A stretch of DNA of 64,000 nucleotides from Candidatus Levyibacteriota bacterium (GCA_027334565.1 DAHWUP010000004.1:15138-79137), one strand, 5' to 3'; shown: positions 8,664 to 19,624, counted from the first letter of the stretch. Notes: generated by a model from the sequence alone, not told the origin. Numbers and translations: made by a program.

Positions 8664-9276
8664 TATTATCCCCGGAATTCTGGAAAAAGATCCGGCAGAA
8701 ATCGAAAAAAAATTAAAACTGATCAAACCTTTTTCAAACACAGTGCACATTGATGTAATCGACGGAAAATTTGCCGAAACGGCGACTTTTCAAGATCCGG
8801 ATTTTTTTAAAAAGTACACAAATGATTTTTTTATGGAGGTGCATTTGATGGTCGAAGATCCTGTTAATTATATTAAGCAATACGCTCAAGCGGGTTTTAA
8901 AAGATTTCTGGGACACATTGAAAAAATGAAGGACATAGACGAGTTTATTGCCGAAGGACAAATTTTAGGCGAGGTCGGAATTGCCATTGACAGTAAGACA
9001 GGTACATTGAATTTACCTTTGGACGACTTGGACGTGATTTTAATAATGGGTGTTAAGGCAGGGGGGTCGGGTCAAGAGTTCTTGCCGCAGGTGTTGGAAA
9101 AAATCGCCTCGGTAAGACAAAACCATCAAATTCCCATTGAAGTTGACGGCGGCATCAACGACAAAACCATTGTTGAAGCAAAAAAAGCCGGAGCCACCCG
9201 GTTTGTCACTACCAGTTATATTTTTGGTGCCAAGAACCCTGCCGAGGCTTTTCAAAATCTTACCTTGCTCGGCTAA
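8656..9276 (+). CDS. rpe: Ribulose-phosphate 3-epimerase
   Basis: HIDVIDGKF, EVHLMV, IEVDGGIN. Confidence 0.92.
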   Translation: MHDIIPGILEKDPAEIEKKLKLIKPFSNTVHIDVIDGKFAETATFQDPDFFKKYTNDFFMEVHLMVEDPVNYIKQYAQAGFKRFLGHIEKMKDIDEFIAEGQILGEVGIAIDSKTGTLNLPLDDLDVILIMGVKAGGSGQEFLPQVLEKIASVRQNHQIPIEVDGGINDKTIVEAKKAGATRFVTTSYIFGAKNPAEAFQNLTLLG

Positions 9277-11573
9277 TGAGCCTTAGGGGTTATGCTTGCG
9301 CTTGGAGTGGCCACCATCGGACAACTTTCGTTTCCCTTAATAAAAAATTCCTGCTTTCCAAAACATTGTTTCCCGACGATATCGGATGGAATAGGTTCCG
9401 GCGTGTTCGGCTTAACGGTTAAAAGATTTGCCATTATTTGGTGCCATATCGGCGCTGCTCCCGTAATGCCCGAAGCAAGGCCGTTCATCGGGGTATTATC
9501 GTTGTTTCCTACCCAGATCGCCGTAAGTAAGTTGGGCGTATAGCCTATGGTCCAATTATCCCTGAAATTATTCGATGTCCCCGTTTTTACCGAAACCGTA
9601 TATCCGGGAATATTAAGCGGCGAATTAGGCCCGAACTCCATCGAGCGGGCATTGTTGTCCGCCAGTATATTAGATAGTATATACGCGACACCCGGGTCTA
9701 AAACCTGCACGGGAGGGTCCTGTTGTTTTTGGTAGATCAAGTCCCCGCTATAATCCGTAATTTTTAATATCGGATTTAGCTCAACCCTTTTGCCAAGATT
9801 GGCAAGTGTGCCGTAGACAACGGCCATATCCGTCATTTTGACATCGGCTGCACCGAGAGTAATTGCAAGCCCGTATTGACTCGGATCTCCCCAGGTAGTG
9901 ATCCCCATTTTTTTACCGAGGTTAACCATCGTCGAAACTCCGATTTTTGCCAGAGTTTTTACGGCCGGAATGTTTATCGAGTTAGCCAGCGCGGTTCTTA
10001 GGGTAACGTTTCCGTGAAATCTTCCGTCATAATTTACCGGAGAATACGGTAAAGCTCCCGGACTAAGGTACGTGACAGGCTCATCGTTTAGAATGCTTGC
10101 CGCAGTGAATCCGCTGGAAAGAGCCGCCGCGTAGGTTACTACTTTAATCGAGGATCCGGGCTGTCTGAGTGCGGTAGTAACGTTATAATTACCCCCGTCC
10201 GGGTTGTTGTAGTCCGCACTTCCGACCATTGCCAATATATCACCGTTTGAAGGATTTGTTACCAAGGCCGCTCCGTTCGAAAGACTATACCCGGCGTCCT
10301 GGTTTACTTCATTGGTTACTACCGTTTGCGCCATGTCCTGCGTTTTTAGGTCCAACGAGGTCACAACATTTAACCCGCCCTTCTCAACCAGAGGAAGACC
10401 ATACCTTTTTATGAGATAGTCTTTTACGTACATGACAAAGTGCGGTGCATATATGGGTGTTTGGGGAGGCAAAAAGGTCAAGTTTTCGTTTAGGGCGTTT
10501 TCTTCCTGCTGCTCGGTTATGTATTTTTGCTCGAGCATTTGCGTTAGAACTTCTTTTTGTCTTTGCTTCCAGGAGTTTGGATTTTCCCCGTAGGGCGAGT
10601 AATAGGTAGGCTCTTGGGGCAGACCGGCTAAGAAAGCGCACTGAGCCAAATCCAAGTCTTTGACGTTCTTGCCAAAGTAGGTCTCCGACGCGGCCTCAAT
10701 ACCCCAAGCCGTTCCTCCGTAGGGAACCTGATTAAAATACATTTCTAAAATTTGGTTTTTTGTATAAATTTTCTCCGCCCAAAAGGCCAGCACGATTTCT
10801 TTTATTTTTCGGGTGATGCTTACTTCGGGTGTCAGCAGAGTGGACTTAATTAACTGTTGGGTGATGGTCGACCCACCCTGGATCGGCTTGCCGGAAAGAT
10901 CTGCCGCTGCCGCCCTTATGATGGAGGCGATATCGAATCCCGGGTTTTGGTAAAAATCCTTATCTTCGATAGCAATGGTGGCATTGATCAGATTTTCCGG
11001 GACAGCCGACAAAGGAACAAGGGTCCTATTTTCATTGGCGTAAATTTGATACAAAAGTATGCCGTTCCGGTCATAGATTTTGGTGGTTTGCGGAATCTGA
11101 CGCTCGGATAAAAGCCTTGGATTAGGCAAACTGTCCAAAAATACATATAGGCCGAACGGAAGTAACAGTATCAACACGCAAACCAAAAAACCGAGAATGA
11201 AATATTTCATTTTCAGTTTTGTATGCCTCGGTTCCGGGAAAATAGTGACTTGAGCTTGTGGGGTTTTTGTTTTTGCATATTTCTTTTTGGTCCCAAGGTG
11301 AAGCTTTCTTTTGATTTGTTTGGAAACAAGAATAAATTTAAAGGCATCAAGATTCAGCCGGTATTTAAAATTTTTTAAGCTTGAGCGTAAGCCGGTTGAA
11401 AGATCACCGCCTTTTGACTTCAATAACTTTCGGGTATTTTGTAAAAATGAAAGAAGCGAATCAATAACTATGTAGATGATTTTTATGATAGCCCGGATGT
11501 AAAAAATCACAAAATCTCCGATCAGACTTAATGTCGACAATGCCAAGTTGATCAAAAGAATCAATAACTTCAT
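9273..11573 (-). CDS. Class A penicillin-binding protein (transglycosylase/transpeptidase)
   Basis: EDKDFY, GGSTITQQL, RQPGSSIK (SxxK), SIN, KTGT. Confidence 0.93.
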   Translation of the reverse strand: MKLLILLINLALSTLSLIGDFVIFYIRAIIKIIYIVIDSLLSFLQNTRKLLKSKGGDLSTGLRSSLKNFKYRLNLDAFKFILVSKQIKRKLHLGTKKKYAKTKTPQAQVTIFPEPRHTKLKMKYFILGFLVCVLILLLPFGLYVFLDSLPNPRLLSERQIPQTTKIYDRNGILLYQIYANENRTLVPLSAVPENLINATIAIEDKDFYQNPGFDIASIIRAAAADLSGKPIQGGSTITQQLIKSTLLTPEVSITRKIKEIVLAFWAEKIYTKNQILEMYFNQVPYGGTAWGIEAASETYFGKNVKDLDLAQCAFLAGLPQEPTYYSPYGENPNSWKQRQKEVLTQMLEQKYITEQQEENALNENLTFLPPQTPIYAPHFVMYVKDYLIKRYGLPLVEKGGLNVVTSLDLKTQDMAQTVVTNEVNQDAGYSLSNGAALVTNPSNGDILAMVGSADYNNPDGGNYNVTTALRQPGSSIKVVTYAAALSSGFTAASILNDEPVTYLSPGALPYSPVNYDGRFHGNVTLRTALANSINIPAVKTLAKIGVSTMVNLGKKMGITTWGDPSQYGLAITLGAADVKMTDMAVVYGTLANLGKRVELNPILKITDYSGDLIYQKQQDPPVQVLDPGVAYILSNILADNNARSMEFGPNSPLNIPGYTVSVKTGTSNNFRDNWTIGYTPNLLTAIWVGNNDNTPMNGLASGITGAAPIWHQIMANLLTVKPNTPEPIPSDIVGKQCFGKQEFFIKGNESCPMVATPSASITPKAH

Positions 11574-11631
11574 GGTAGGAGATATTTGCCCAGCATTATA
11601 CTACTTATAGGCCTAGCTTAAAAGGGGTAAA

Positions 11632-13797
11632 TTAATGTCCGGGGATCGGTGTTGGAGTCGGAGTCGGGTGTGGGCAGGATAAGCAATATTCGTCACCGGT
11701 CGGGTCCGTGTAAACTGTCTCGCTTTTTAAACCGATATTATCGGTCTGTCCCTTCTTGGCTAAGTCTTGGGTGGCGTTATCGATCCAAACGTTGGTTGTT
11801 TCAACTTTTCCGTAATTTCTTTCGTCACCCTTGATGAAATATTCAAGTCTGGTCGGGCAATTATCCCCGGCTCCGGGTAGAAGTCCGGTATCCGAACAGA
11901 CCTTTTTTTGAACGATATCCGAAGGCCTGGTCAAGGGTTCGGGATCATTACCTTTTAACAGTCCCGACATGATGTCATTCCATATCGGCGCCGCACCGGT
12001 GATTCCTGAGGCAAGACCGCCCATCGGGGTATTGTCGTTGTTTCCTACCCACGCAGCAACCAGGAAGGAAGGCGTATATCCGATAGTCCAGTTGTCGCGG
12101 AAGTCGTTGGTGGTTCCGGTTTTCACCGATACTACCTGTCCGGGAATTTTAAGCTGCGAATTGTCCCCGAATTCCATCACCCGCGCGTTATTATCGGCCA
12201 AAATATCGGAGATTATAAAGGCTACTCCCTCAGGCAGGATTTTTGTCCCGAATATCGGGCTTGCCGGGGGGTCATATTTTTGCAAAACCCGTCCGTTCTT
12301 GTCGACCACTTTCAAAATCGGTTGGAGGTTAATCCGGTACCCTTCGTTGGCGAATATACCGTAAGCGGTGGCCATATCGGTCATTTTCACTTCGGCGCCT
12401 CCCAAGGTCAAAGAGAGCCCATATTCGTTGGGGTGTGTAAAAGTAGTGATCCCCATAGCCGATGCCGTCGCCACCATAGCGTCGACCCCGTTTAACTTAA
12501 GCATTTTCACCGCCGGTATGTTGACGGAGTTTCCCAAAGCGTAGCGCATTTGTACAATCCCGTGCCATTTCCCGTCGTAATTGACCGGACAATAATCTTT
12601 GCCTCCCTGGTTTGGAAAACAGATCGGCTCGTCGATAAAACCGGTTGAAGCGGAATATCCGTTCATCAGTCCGACCGCGTAATTGATCGGTTTGATTGAC
12701 GAACCGGGTTGCCTTAATGAGGTTGTGACGTTGACGTTTCCGTCGATTGCCGTATCGAAGTAGTCTTTACTTCCTACCATCGCCAGAATTTCTCCGGTAG
12801 CAGGGTCCGTCACCAATGCCGCCCCATTGGTAACGTGGTAATATTTCGGCAGCGCGTCGACTTCCTTGGTGACCGAATCCTGTGCCAGATTCTGGATATT
12901 CAAGTCAAGGGTGGTGGTTACTTTTAATCCTCCTTCTTCAACTTCTTTTTCTCCGTATTTGGAGATAAGCAGGTCCTTAACGTATAAAACGAAATGTGGG
13001 GCCAGGATCTGGTTGGCTAATCTTTTATATTTCAGTACTTCCTTTTCCGCCGCCTGTTCCTGGGATTTGGTAATATAATTCTGCTGGTACATCGCGTCAA
13101 GGACCTCAAGCTGCCTTTGTTTGGCAAGTTCCGGGTGGGCCCCGAAAGGCGAGTAAGCTGTCGGAGACTGGGGAAGACCGGCCAATAAAGCACTTTGTGC
13201 CAGATCCAAATCTTTGGCATGTATGCCGAAATACATCTCGGAAGCTGCCTCAACACCGTAGGCAGGACCGCCGTAGGGGGTTTGATTAAGGTACATATTT
13301 AGAATCTGGTTTTTCGAATAGATCATTTCCGTGGCAAACGCGAGAATTACCTCCTTGATTTTGCGGGTGATTGTTTGTTCCTGGTTTAGAAGACTGTTTT
13401 TTACCAGCTGCTGGGTGAGGGTCGAACCCCCTTCGAGCCTTTGGTGAAAAACGGTTGAGATAAAAGCCCTGATGATTCCCCTAATATCGATCGCACCGTG
13501 TTCATAAAAGTTTTTATCCTCAATCGCAATCGTTGACTCCTGCATGTATTTGGGGACTTGGGATAAGGGTATGAAAGTTTGGTTCTTTTTGTCATAAATA
13601 TTGTATAAAAGTTTTCCGTTACGGTCGTAAATAAGCGTAGACTGGGGAGCGGAGGTGCTGCTTAGCTTGGTCGGGAGGGGTAAATCTTTAAGGAAATATA
13701 CGCTGCCGGCAATAAATACTATTATTAATAATAAGAACAATTCCCGTTTTCGCCATTTTCTCGAGGTCAATTTCTTTAGAAGGTGTACCTTTTTCAT
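11632..13797 (-). CDS. Class A penicillin-binding protein (paralog)
   Basis: EDKNFYEH, GGSTLTQQL, RQPGSSIK, SVN, KTGT. Confidence 0.93.
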   Translation of the reverse strand: MKKVHLLKKLTSRKWRKRELFLLLIIVFIAGSVYFLKDLPLPTKLSSTSAPQSTLIYDRNGKLLYNIYDKKNQTFIPLSQVPKYMQESTIAIEDKNFYEHGAIDIRGIIRAFISTVFHQRLEGGSTLTQQLVKNSLLNQEQTITRKIKEVILAFATEMIYSKNQILNMYLNQTPYGGPAYGVEAASEMYFGIHAKDLDLAQSALLAGLPQSPTAYSPFGAHPELAKQRQLEVLDAMYQQNYITKSQEQAAEKEVLKYKRLANQILAPHFVLYVKDLLISKYGEKEVEEGGLKVTTTLDLNIQNLAQDSVTKEVDALPKYYHVTNGAALVTDPATGEILAMVGSKDYFDTAIDGNVNVTTSLRQPGSSIKPINYAVGLMNGYSASTGFIDEPICFPNQGGKDYCPVNYDGKWHGIVQMRYALGNSVNIPAVKMLKLNGVDAMVATASAMGITTFTHPNEYGLSLTLGGAEVKMTDMATAYGIFANEGYRINLQPILKVVDKNGRVLQKYDPPASPIFGTKILPEGVAFIISDILADNNARVMEFGDNSQLKIPGQVVSVKTGTTNDFRDNWTIGYTPSFLVAAWVGNNDNTPMGGLASGITGAAPIWNDIMSGLLKGNDPEPLTRPSDIVQKKVCSDTGLLPGAGDNCPTRLEYFIKGDERNYGKVETTNVWIDNATQDLAKKGQTDNIGLKSETVYTDPTGDEYCLSCPHPTPTPTPIPGH

Positions 13798-13855
13798 GCC
13801 CAATATCATAGCATTATTGAATCTGGCTTACAATGATTGATGGTATAATTAACAA

Positions 13856-14878
13856 ATGGATATCCCGACCTATATCACGACCCTGTCGGTGCCGTTTTTC
13901 GGATTCAACTGGATAGACATTTTGATTCTGATTATCCTGGTGTTTTATGCGGTGGAAGGGTATTCGCTCGGATTTTTATTGGCGACGATTGATTTTATTT
14001 CGTTTGCCTTATCTTTTATTCTTGGCATCACTTTTTACGGCCGGGTAGCCTCGGTTTTGATGTCGACCGTCAAGATGATGCAGGGGTTCGCCAACGCAAT
14101 CGGGTTTTTTGTTGCCGCCGCCTTTTTTGAGATAATTCTTAACCTCGTTTTGAAACTGCTTACCGCAGGAATTCCATTTCTCGCTAAGGGGCCGCAAACG
14201 GCGAAGATGCGCAGAACAAATCAGTTGCTCGGAATTATCCCCGGCATTCTTTCGGGACTGGTACTGACCTCGTTTATTTTAAGCTTGATTATCGCCCTGC
14301 CGTTCTCGGTGTTTTTAAAACACTCCGTCAGTAATTCAAAAATAGGCAATGTTTTGGTCGAAAATACCCAGGTATTTTCGAAAAACTGGAACGACATCTT
14401 CGGTGGCGCGGTCAACGATACCCTGTCCTTCTTTACCATCGAACCGCAAAGCAATCAAATGGTTGACCTCCATTTTACCGTTTCCGACCCTTCGGTAGAC
14501 ACTCAGGCCGAACAGGAGATGCTCACGATGGTCAACAACGAACGCACCTCAAGAGGAATAGATCCGCTTACGCCATCAAGCGCCTTAACGGCGGTTGCCA
14601 GGGCGCATTGTACCGATATGTTTAAACGCGGATATTTTTCCCATTATACGCCCGAAGGCACTTCGCCATTTGACAGAATGTTGGCGGCGGGCATAAGCTT
14701 TAATTATGCCGGAGAAAACCTGGCACTTGCGCCCAACGTCAGTTTGGCGATGAACGGGCTGATGCAGAGCCCGGGACACAGAGCCAATATCCTTTCGACC
14801 AATTTTAAAAAGGTCGGAATCGGGGTGCTCGACGGCGGAGTATACGGCCAGATGTATTGCCAGGAGTTCACGGACTAA
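13856..14878 (+). CDS. CvpA (colicin V production) + CAP/SCP domain protein
   Basis: NWIDILIL CvpA-like TMs; GYFSH, AGENLA, SPGHRANIL CAP motifs. Confidence 0.88.
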   Translation: MDIPTYITTLSVPFFGFNWIDILILIILVFYAVEGYSLGFLLATIDFISFALSFILGITFYGRVASVLMSTVKMMQGFANAIGFFVAAAFFEIILNLVLKLLTAGIPFLAKGPQTAKMRRTNQLLGIIPGILSGLVLTSFILSLIIALPFSVFLKHSVSNSKIGNVLVENTQVFSKNWNDIFGGAVNDTLSFFTIEPQSNQMVDLHFTVSDPSVDTQAEQEMLTMVNNERTSRGIDPLTPSSALTAVARAHCTDMFKRGYFSHYTPEGTSPFDRMLAAGISFNYAGENLALAPNVSLAMNGLMQSPGHRANILSTNFKKVGIGVLDGGVYGQMYCQEFTD

Positions 14879-14883
14879 AGTTT

Positions 14884-15930
14884 ATGCTTTATAATCTGAA
14901 AAGCTTGAAAGAAGCACAAGTTTCGGGCAAAACCGTTCTCTTGCGCGCCGACCTCGACGTGCCGATTGAAAATTCTCAAATCCTGGACGACTCAAGGCTT
15001 AATTCGTGGTTCCCGACCTTAGAATATCTTCTTGGAAACGGGGCAAAAATAATCATCGTCGGACATCTTGGTCGGCCAAATGGAGCAGATAAAAACCTTA
15101 CTCTTTTACCGGTTGCCAATTGGATCGCCACAAAACTTAAAGCACAAATCGTTGAGGAAAAAATCGGCGATTTTGATGGCTGGAAAATCACAGACAGCGT
15201 TTCGCTTATTGAGAACATAAGATTTTATAAGGAGGAAGAGGAAAACGACCAGGAATTTGCCCGAAAACTCGCTCAGCTCGGAACAATTTTCGTCAACGAT
15301 GCGTTTGCAACCGCCCACCGGTCGCACGCCTCGACCGAAGGAATTGCTCATTTTATTCCTTCATATGCCGGTTTAAGGGTTTTGCAAGAAGTGGAAGTTC
15401 TTTCCAGGGTTTTGGAAAGTCCGGATAGACCGTTGGGGGTCGTGATCGGCGGCGCAAAAATTGAGACCAAGCTTCCGCTGGTTGAAAAAATGCATTCGCT
15501 TGCCGATTACGTCATGGTCGGGGGAGAAATCGCGGAAAATGATAAAGTACTGCTTAAGGTTCAACACGAGAAAGTGTCTGACAGGAAATCGGTTCTGCTG
15601 GTTGCCGATCTTAACCAGAGTCGGCAAGATATCACCGCAAAATCTGCCGAAAATTTTCTCCAACTTCTGGCAGATGCCAAAACGATCGTCTGGAACGGGC
15701 CGATGGGTAAAATAGAAGATCCCGATTTTCAAAACGGAACGTTAACGCTGGCCGAGGGAATAATTAACATTCGTGCTTATTCTATTTTGGGCGGCGGGGA
15801 TACAATCGGATTTCTTAGATCTAAAACTTTACTGGATAAATTCTCTTTTGTGTCCGTCGGAGGAGGGGCAATGCTTGAGTTTCTTTCGGGAGACCGCCTC
15901 CCCGGCTTAACGGTATTGGAACAAAAATAA
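14884..15930 (+). CDS. pgk: Phosphoglycerate kinase (shortened form)
   Basis: RADLDVP, GHLGRP, ENIRF, NDAFATAHR, WNGPMG, GGGDT, SVGGGA. Confidence 0.95.
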   Translation: MLYNLKSLKEAQVSGKTVLLRADLDVPIENSQILDDSRLNSWFPTLEYLLGNGAKIIIVGHLGRPNGADKNLTLLPVANWIATKLKAQIVEEKIGDFDGWKITDSVSLIENIRFYKEEEENDQEFARKLAQLGTIFVNDAFATAHRSHASTEGIAHFIPSYAGLRVLQEVEVLSRVLESPDRPLGVVIGGAKIETKLPLVEKMHSLADYVMVGGEIAENDKVLLKVQHEKVSDRKSVLLVADLNQSRQDITAKSAENFLQLLADAKTIVWNGPMGKIEDPDFQNGTLTLAEGIINIRAYSILGGGDTIGFLRSKTLLDKFSFVSVGGGAMLEFLSGDRLPGLTVLEQK

Positions 15931-15978
15931 TATGCATTTTTGATTGACTTTGTAGGCAGATCATGAAACCATATAGTT

Positions 15979-16602
15979 ATGGAAAATATAAGTAATCCGT
16001 CAACCGTACCCTCATCGCCCGACATGCCGGAAGAAAAACTCAAAGGAACGGAGTTGTCTGCCGCATGTAAGGATTTGTACGACAAGTTAAGATACATGCT
16101 GGACAACAGCGGGGTGATGCAAAAGGCGCTTGTTGACGATCCGCCCGATCCAGACTGGCCGACCAAAGACAAGAAAACCCATTTTACGCTCGGAGAGGGT
16201 GATCGGACGGTTATCTACCGCTTCTACGACCGTTCCCTAACCGACGATACGGGAACGGAGACCGGCCGCGAATTTTATTTAATGCGGAACGATTCGGCCA
16301 CCAAAGAGCGGGTATTGATCGTCAGGACCGGACAAGAACCGGGAGTAGAATTTAGAGATTTATATGAGTCCGAATTTCCCGTGTTTCATAATGAACCTGA
16401 CGGTACAAAAACCATCGGAAGGCGGGTATTGACTAAAAAACAGGTGTTTTCTCAAAAAGGAGCAGTGGCAAAAGCGATCAGGGAATCAAGCAGGGAAAGA
16501 GTTGACAGAAGATATTATGAGGATACCCAAACCGCACTTTTGGGGGCAAAAAGGGTATTTGCCACGGCAGTTGGTGAACTGGCCCCCTTCCGTTATTATT
16601 AA
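15979..16602 (+). CDS. Hypothetical protein
   Basis: 207-aa ORF filling the gap between pgk and gap; no recognised motif. Confidence 0.6.
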   Translation: MENISNPSTVPSSPDMPEEKLKGTELSAACKDLYDKLRYMLDNSGVMQKALVDDPPDPDWPTKDKKTHFTLGEGDRTVIYRFYDRSLTDDTGTETGREFYLMRNDSATKERVLIVRTGQEPGVEFRDLYESEFPVFHNEPDGTKTIGRRVLTKKQVFSQKGAVAKAIRESSRERVDRRYYEDTQTALLGAKRVFATAVGELAPFRYY

Positions 16603-16656
16603 CCGATTTTCCTCTTGTTTCGTGTCTAAAAATTTTGTACACTGGTTTTACTGCCT

Positions 16657-17757
16657 ATGATAAAAGTTGCGATTAACGGATACGGAAGAATCGGCAGGGT
16701 CGCCCACAGGGTGATTCTGGAAAAATACCTTAACGAAATCGATGTCGTCGCGATCAACGCCGGTTCATCGACCGATATCAAGGGTTGGATGTACCTTCTA
16801 AAATACGATACTTCTTACGGTCCTATTTATTCTTTGGACGTTTCCTACCAGGAAAAAGAGGAAAACCCAAAACTTAAAGATCTGATCGGTTATCTTTTGA
16901 TAGACCAAGCAAAGATCCCCGTGATTTCGCAAAAAGATGCTTCGCTTTTGCCATGGCGAGATTTGGGTGTTGATGTGGTCATCGAGTCAACGGGGCATTT
17001 AACAACGGAAGAAAAACTGAAGGTACATTTGAGTTCGGGAGCAAAGTCGGCTGTTTTATCGGCACCCGTTAAGGAGGGCAATGTCCCTACCATTGTAATT
17101 CCTATCAACCAGGATAAGCTTTCCGGGCAGACACTCGTTAACAACGCTTCCTGCACGACCAACTGTATCACCCCCGTTGCCAAGGTTATGGTCGATACTT
17201 TCGGCGTCGAGAAGGCGATGATGACCACCATTCATAGTTATACTTCAGACCAAAGACTTCAAGACGGCGGACACAAAGATTACCGAAGGGCAAGAGCAGC
17301 CGGACAAAACATTGTTCCGACCTCAACCGGGGCAACCATTGCCGCTTCGCAGGTAGTTCCGGAGCTTTCCGGAGTGTTCGGCGGAATGTCCATCAGGGTT
17401 CCGGTGGCAGTGGGCTCACTTTCCGACTTCACTTTCGTTCTGAAAAGGGAGACCACCAAGCAGGAAGTTAATGACGCTTTAAGAAGGGCTTCGCAAACGC
17501 CGGCGTTACAGGGTATCATGGCGGTGACCGATGACCCAATAGTTTCAAGCGATATTATCGGTAGTCCTTACTCTTCGATCGTTGATTTATCCCTGACCCA
17601 GGTGATCGGCAATCTGGTTAAAGTGGTAGCTTGGTATGACAATGAATACGGTTACGCTAACCGGCTGGTCGAGGCGGTATTAATGTTGGGAAAATCACAA
17701 ACGCAAACACCGCCGTCACCACCCGCATCCGTTTTAACTCCCCAAACCGCATCATAA
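16657..17757 (+). CDS. gap: Type I glyceraldehyde-3-phosphate dehydrogenase
   Basis: NGYGRIGR, ASCTTNC, WYDNEYGY. Confidence 0.97.
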   Translation: MIKVAINGYGRIGRVAHRVILEKYLNEIDVVAINAGSSTDIKGWMYLLKYDTSYGPIYSLDVSYQEKEENPKLKDLIGYLLIDQAKIPVISQKDASLLPWRDLGVDVVIESTGHLTTEEKLKVHLSSGAKSAVLSAPVKEGNVPTIVIPINQDKLSGQTLVNNASCTTNCITPVAKVMVDTFGVEKAMMTTIHSYTSDQRLQDGGHKDYRRARAAGQNIVPTSTGATIAASQVVPELSGVFGGMSIRVPVAVGSLSDFTFVLKRETTKQEVNDALRRASQTPALQGIMAVTDDPIVSSDIIGSPYSSIVDLSLTQVIGNLVKVVAWYDNEYGYANRLVEAVLMLGKSQTQTPPSPPASVLTPQTAS

Positions 17758-18353
17758 TGAGTAAGAAGACACAACCACCAGTAGAACTTGTAGGTATTAG
17801 AAACATAGCCATTTCAGGGCGAATAGGTACGGGTAAGAGTACCCTTGCTGAGCACCTGGCCGAAAATTTAAGGTGGGATTTGCTGGACGGGGGGAAAATT
17901 TTCCGCGAACTATCCAAGAATTTGGGGATCAGTATCATTGAGAAAACCAAAATCCCAGACGACCTTGACATTAAATTTGAAGAAAGGGTTAAACAAATTT
18001 TTATAAATGAAAGTCACCATGTGGTACAAAGCCATTTGGCGGGATATGTGGCGCAGGGGATAAGCGGGGTTTATAAGATTTTGGTGGTTTGCGAAAACGA
18101 TGAGGGCGAAGACAAACAATCGGTCCGAATCGACCGGCTGATGAACAGGGATCTATTATCCGCGGAGCAGGCAAAATACGAATTACATAAACGGGAAGAA
18201 GAACATTTGATAAAATTTAGAAAACTTTACGCCTCAAGCGATCCGGAGTGGATTTATTGGGACCGAAAATATTTCGACCTCGTGGTAAACACTTTCCGTT
18301 TGAACCAAAAAGAAGCGCTGGGATTCGTGTTAAGTCACCTTCCGGTCAAATAG
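17757..18353 (+). CDS. Cytidylate kinase-like (archaeal-type Cmk)
   Basis: P-loop SGRIGTGKST, GGKIFRE, FDLVVNT. Confidence 0.7.
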   Translation: MSKKTQPPVELVGIRNIAISGRIGTGKSTLAEHLAENLRWDLLDGGKIFRELSKNLGISIIEKTKIPDDLDIKFEERVKQIFINESHHVVQSHLAGYVAQGISGVYKILVVCENDEGEDKQSVRIDRLMNRDLLSAEQAKYELHKREEEHLIKFRKLYASSDPEWIYWDRKYFDLVVNTFRLNQKEALGFVLSHLPVK

Positions 18354-18388
18354 ATTAAACTATTGCCAACTAGTTGTATAATTAATTC

Positions 18389-18940
18389 ATGAAATTTTTG
18401 TCGGCGGCACTTTTAGCAGTCTTACTTACTTTGACATTTTCGTCGTCTTCTTTTGCACAAAGCGCCCCCTACGCTACCAATGAAGCAAAATTTATAAACG
18501 TGGACTATACTTTGCCTTACCCGGGTAGTATTTTGCCCGATAACCCTTTGTATCTTCTTAAAGCGATCAGAGACAACTTATATAATCTGTTTATTTTTGA
18601 TCCGGTAGCAAAAGCAAACTACGATTTGTTAATGGCAAATAAAAGATTGCAATACGCCGATAAGTTAATAGATAAAAAGGAATACCAGTTATCCCTTACG
18701 ACTTTGGGCAAATCGGGTAACTATTTTGACGAAGCAATCCAGCTTGCCGCAAACACGAAAAGTCAGGGAAAAGACGTAAGCGATCTGTTAAATAATCTAT
18801 ATCTGGCATCACAAAAACATCAGCAGGTTATTTATGAAATGTCGTTAAAGACTACAGGTGATATAAAATACCAACTGGAACTAGCTCAGGTAAGAGCCAA
18901 GAGTTTTCAAGACACTGTATCTGTGGTTAGGTCTAGATAA
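18389..18940 (+). CDS. Secreted DUF5667-like protein
   Basis: Signal peptide; LPYPGSILPDNPLYLLK motif. Confidence 0.7.
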   Translation: MKFLSAALLAVLLTLTFSSSSFAQSAPYATNEAKFINVDYTLPYPGSILPDNPLYLLKAIRDNLYNLFIFDPVAKANYDLLMANKRLQYADKLIDKKEYQLSLTTLGKSGNYFDEAIQLAANTKSQGKDVSDLLNNLYLASQKHQQVIYEMSLKTTGDIKYQLELAQVRAKSFQDTVSVVRSR

Positions 18941-19099
18941 TAAGACGAACTGCCTCTTAAGACCATAATTTTTATTCCGGTTTTTCTCTGAAATCAGCCT
19001 GAGGAATATTTTTTATATTCCTTTTTTTACGAAAGACCAAAATAAAAAAAAATTGAAGCTAAAAAATTTAATGACCGCCTTTGATATAGATATTAATAG

Positions 19100-19151
19100 T
19101 TGACACCATATGTCTAGTGTCCTATGATTTTTTTGGCGCTATATCTAGTGA
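19100..19151 (+). promoter_or_regulatory. Sigma70 promoter overlapped by two tandem NrdR boxes
   Basis: TTGACA 19100-19105, 17-nt spacer, TATGAT 19123-19128; boxes ACCATATGTCTAGTGT (19105-19120) and GCGCTATATCTAGTGA (19136-19151) at 31-nt period. Confidence 0.85.
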
Positions 19152-19173
19152 TTTAAGGTCAAAAAGGTTTGTT

Positions 19174-19623
19174 ATGAAGTGTCCATATTGCGGAAACAAA
19201 GACACGGAAGTAGTAGAAACCCGGGACAGCGAAGATTTAGAAACAATCAGAAGAAGGCGCGAGTGTTTAAAGTGCGGGAAAAGATTTACTACTTACGAGC
19301 GGATAGAGAACGTTAACTTAATAGTTATTAAAAAAGACGGAAGGCGTGAACAATTCAACAGAGATAAATTAAGAGCAGGAATCCTAAGGAGTTGCGAAAA
19401 GACCAAAGTATCTCTTGAAGACATAGAAAAGATCCTAACGGAAATCGAGCGGGAATTAAGGAACGCCGATTCGGTGGAGGTCGAAAGCAAAAAGATCGGA
19501 CAACTGGTTTCTGCGAGGCTAAAAACACTGGATAAAGTAGCTTATATCAGGTTCTCAAGCGTCTTCAAAAGGTTTGTGGACGTTGAGGACTTTGAAAAAG
19601 AAGTTAAAAGACTAATTAAATAG
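19174..19623 (+). CDS. nrdR: Transcriptional repressor NrdR
   Basis: MKCPYC, IRRRRECLKCGKRFTTYE, ATP-cone, VAYIRFSSV. Confidence 0.97.
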   Translation: MKCPYCGNKDTEVVETRDSEDLETIRRRRECLKCGKRFTTYERIENVNLIVIKKDGRREQFNRDKLRAGILRSCEKTKVSLEDIEKILTEIERELRNADSVEVESKKIGQLVSARLKTLDKVAYIRFSSVFKRFVDVEDFEKEVKRLIK

Positions 19624-19624
19624 T

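Noticed and set aside
9273-13797. Repeated DNA between the two PBP genes
   Set aside because: Explained by ordinary paralogy of class A PBPs.
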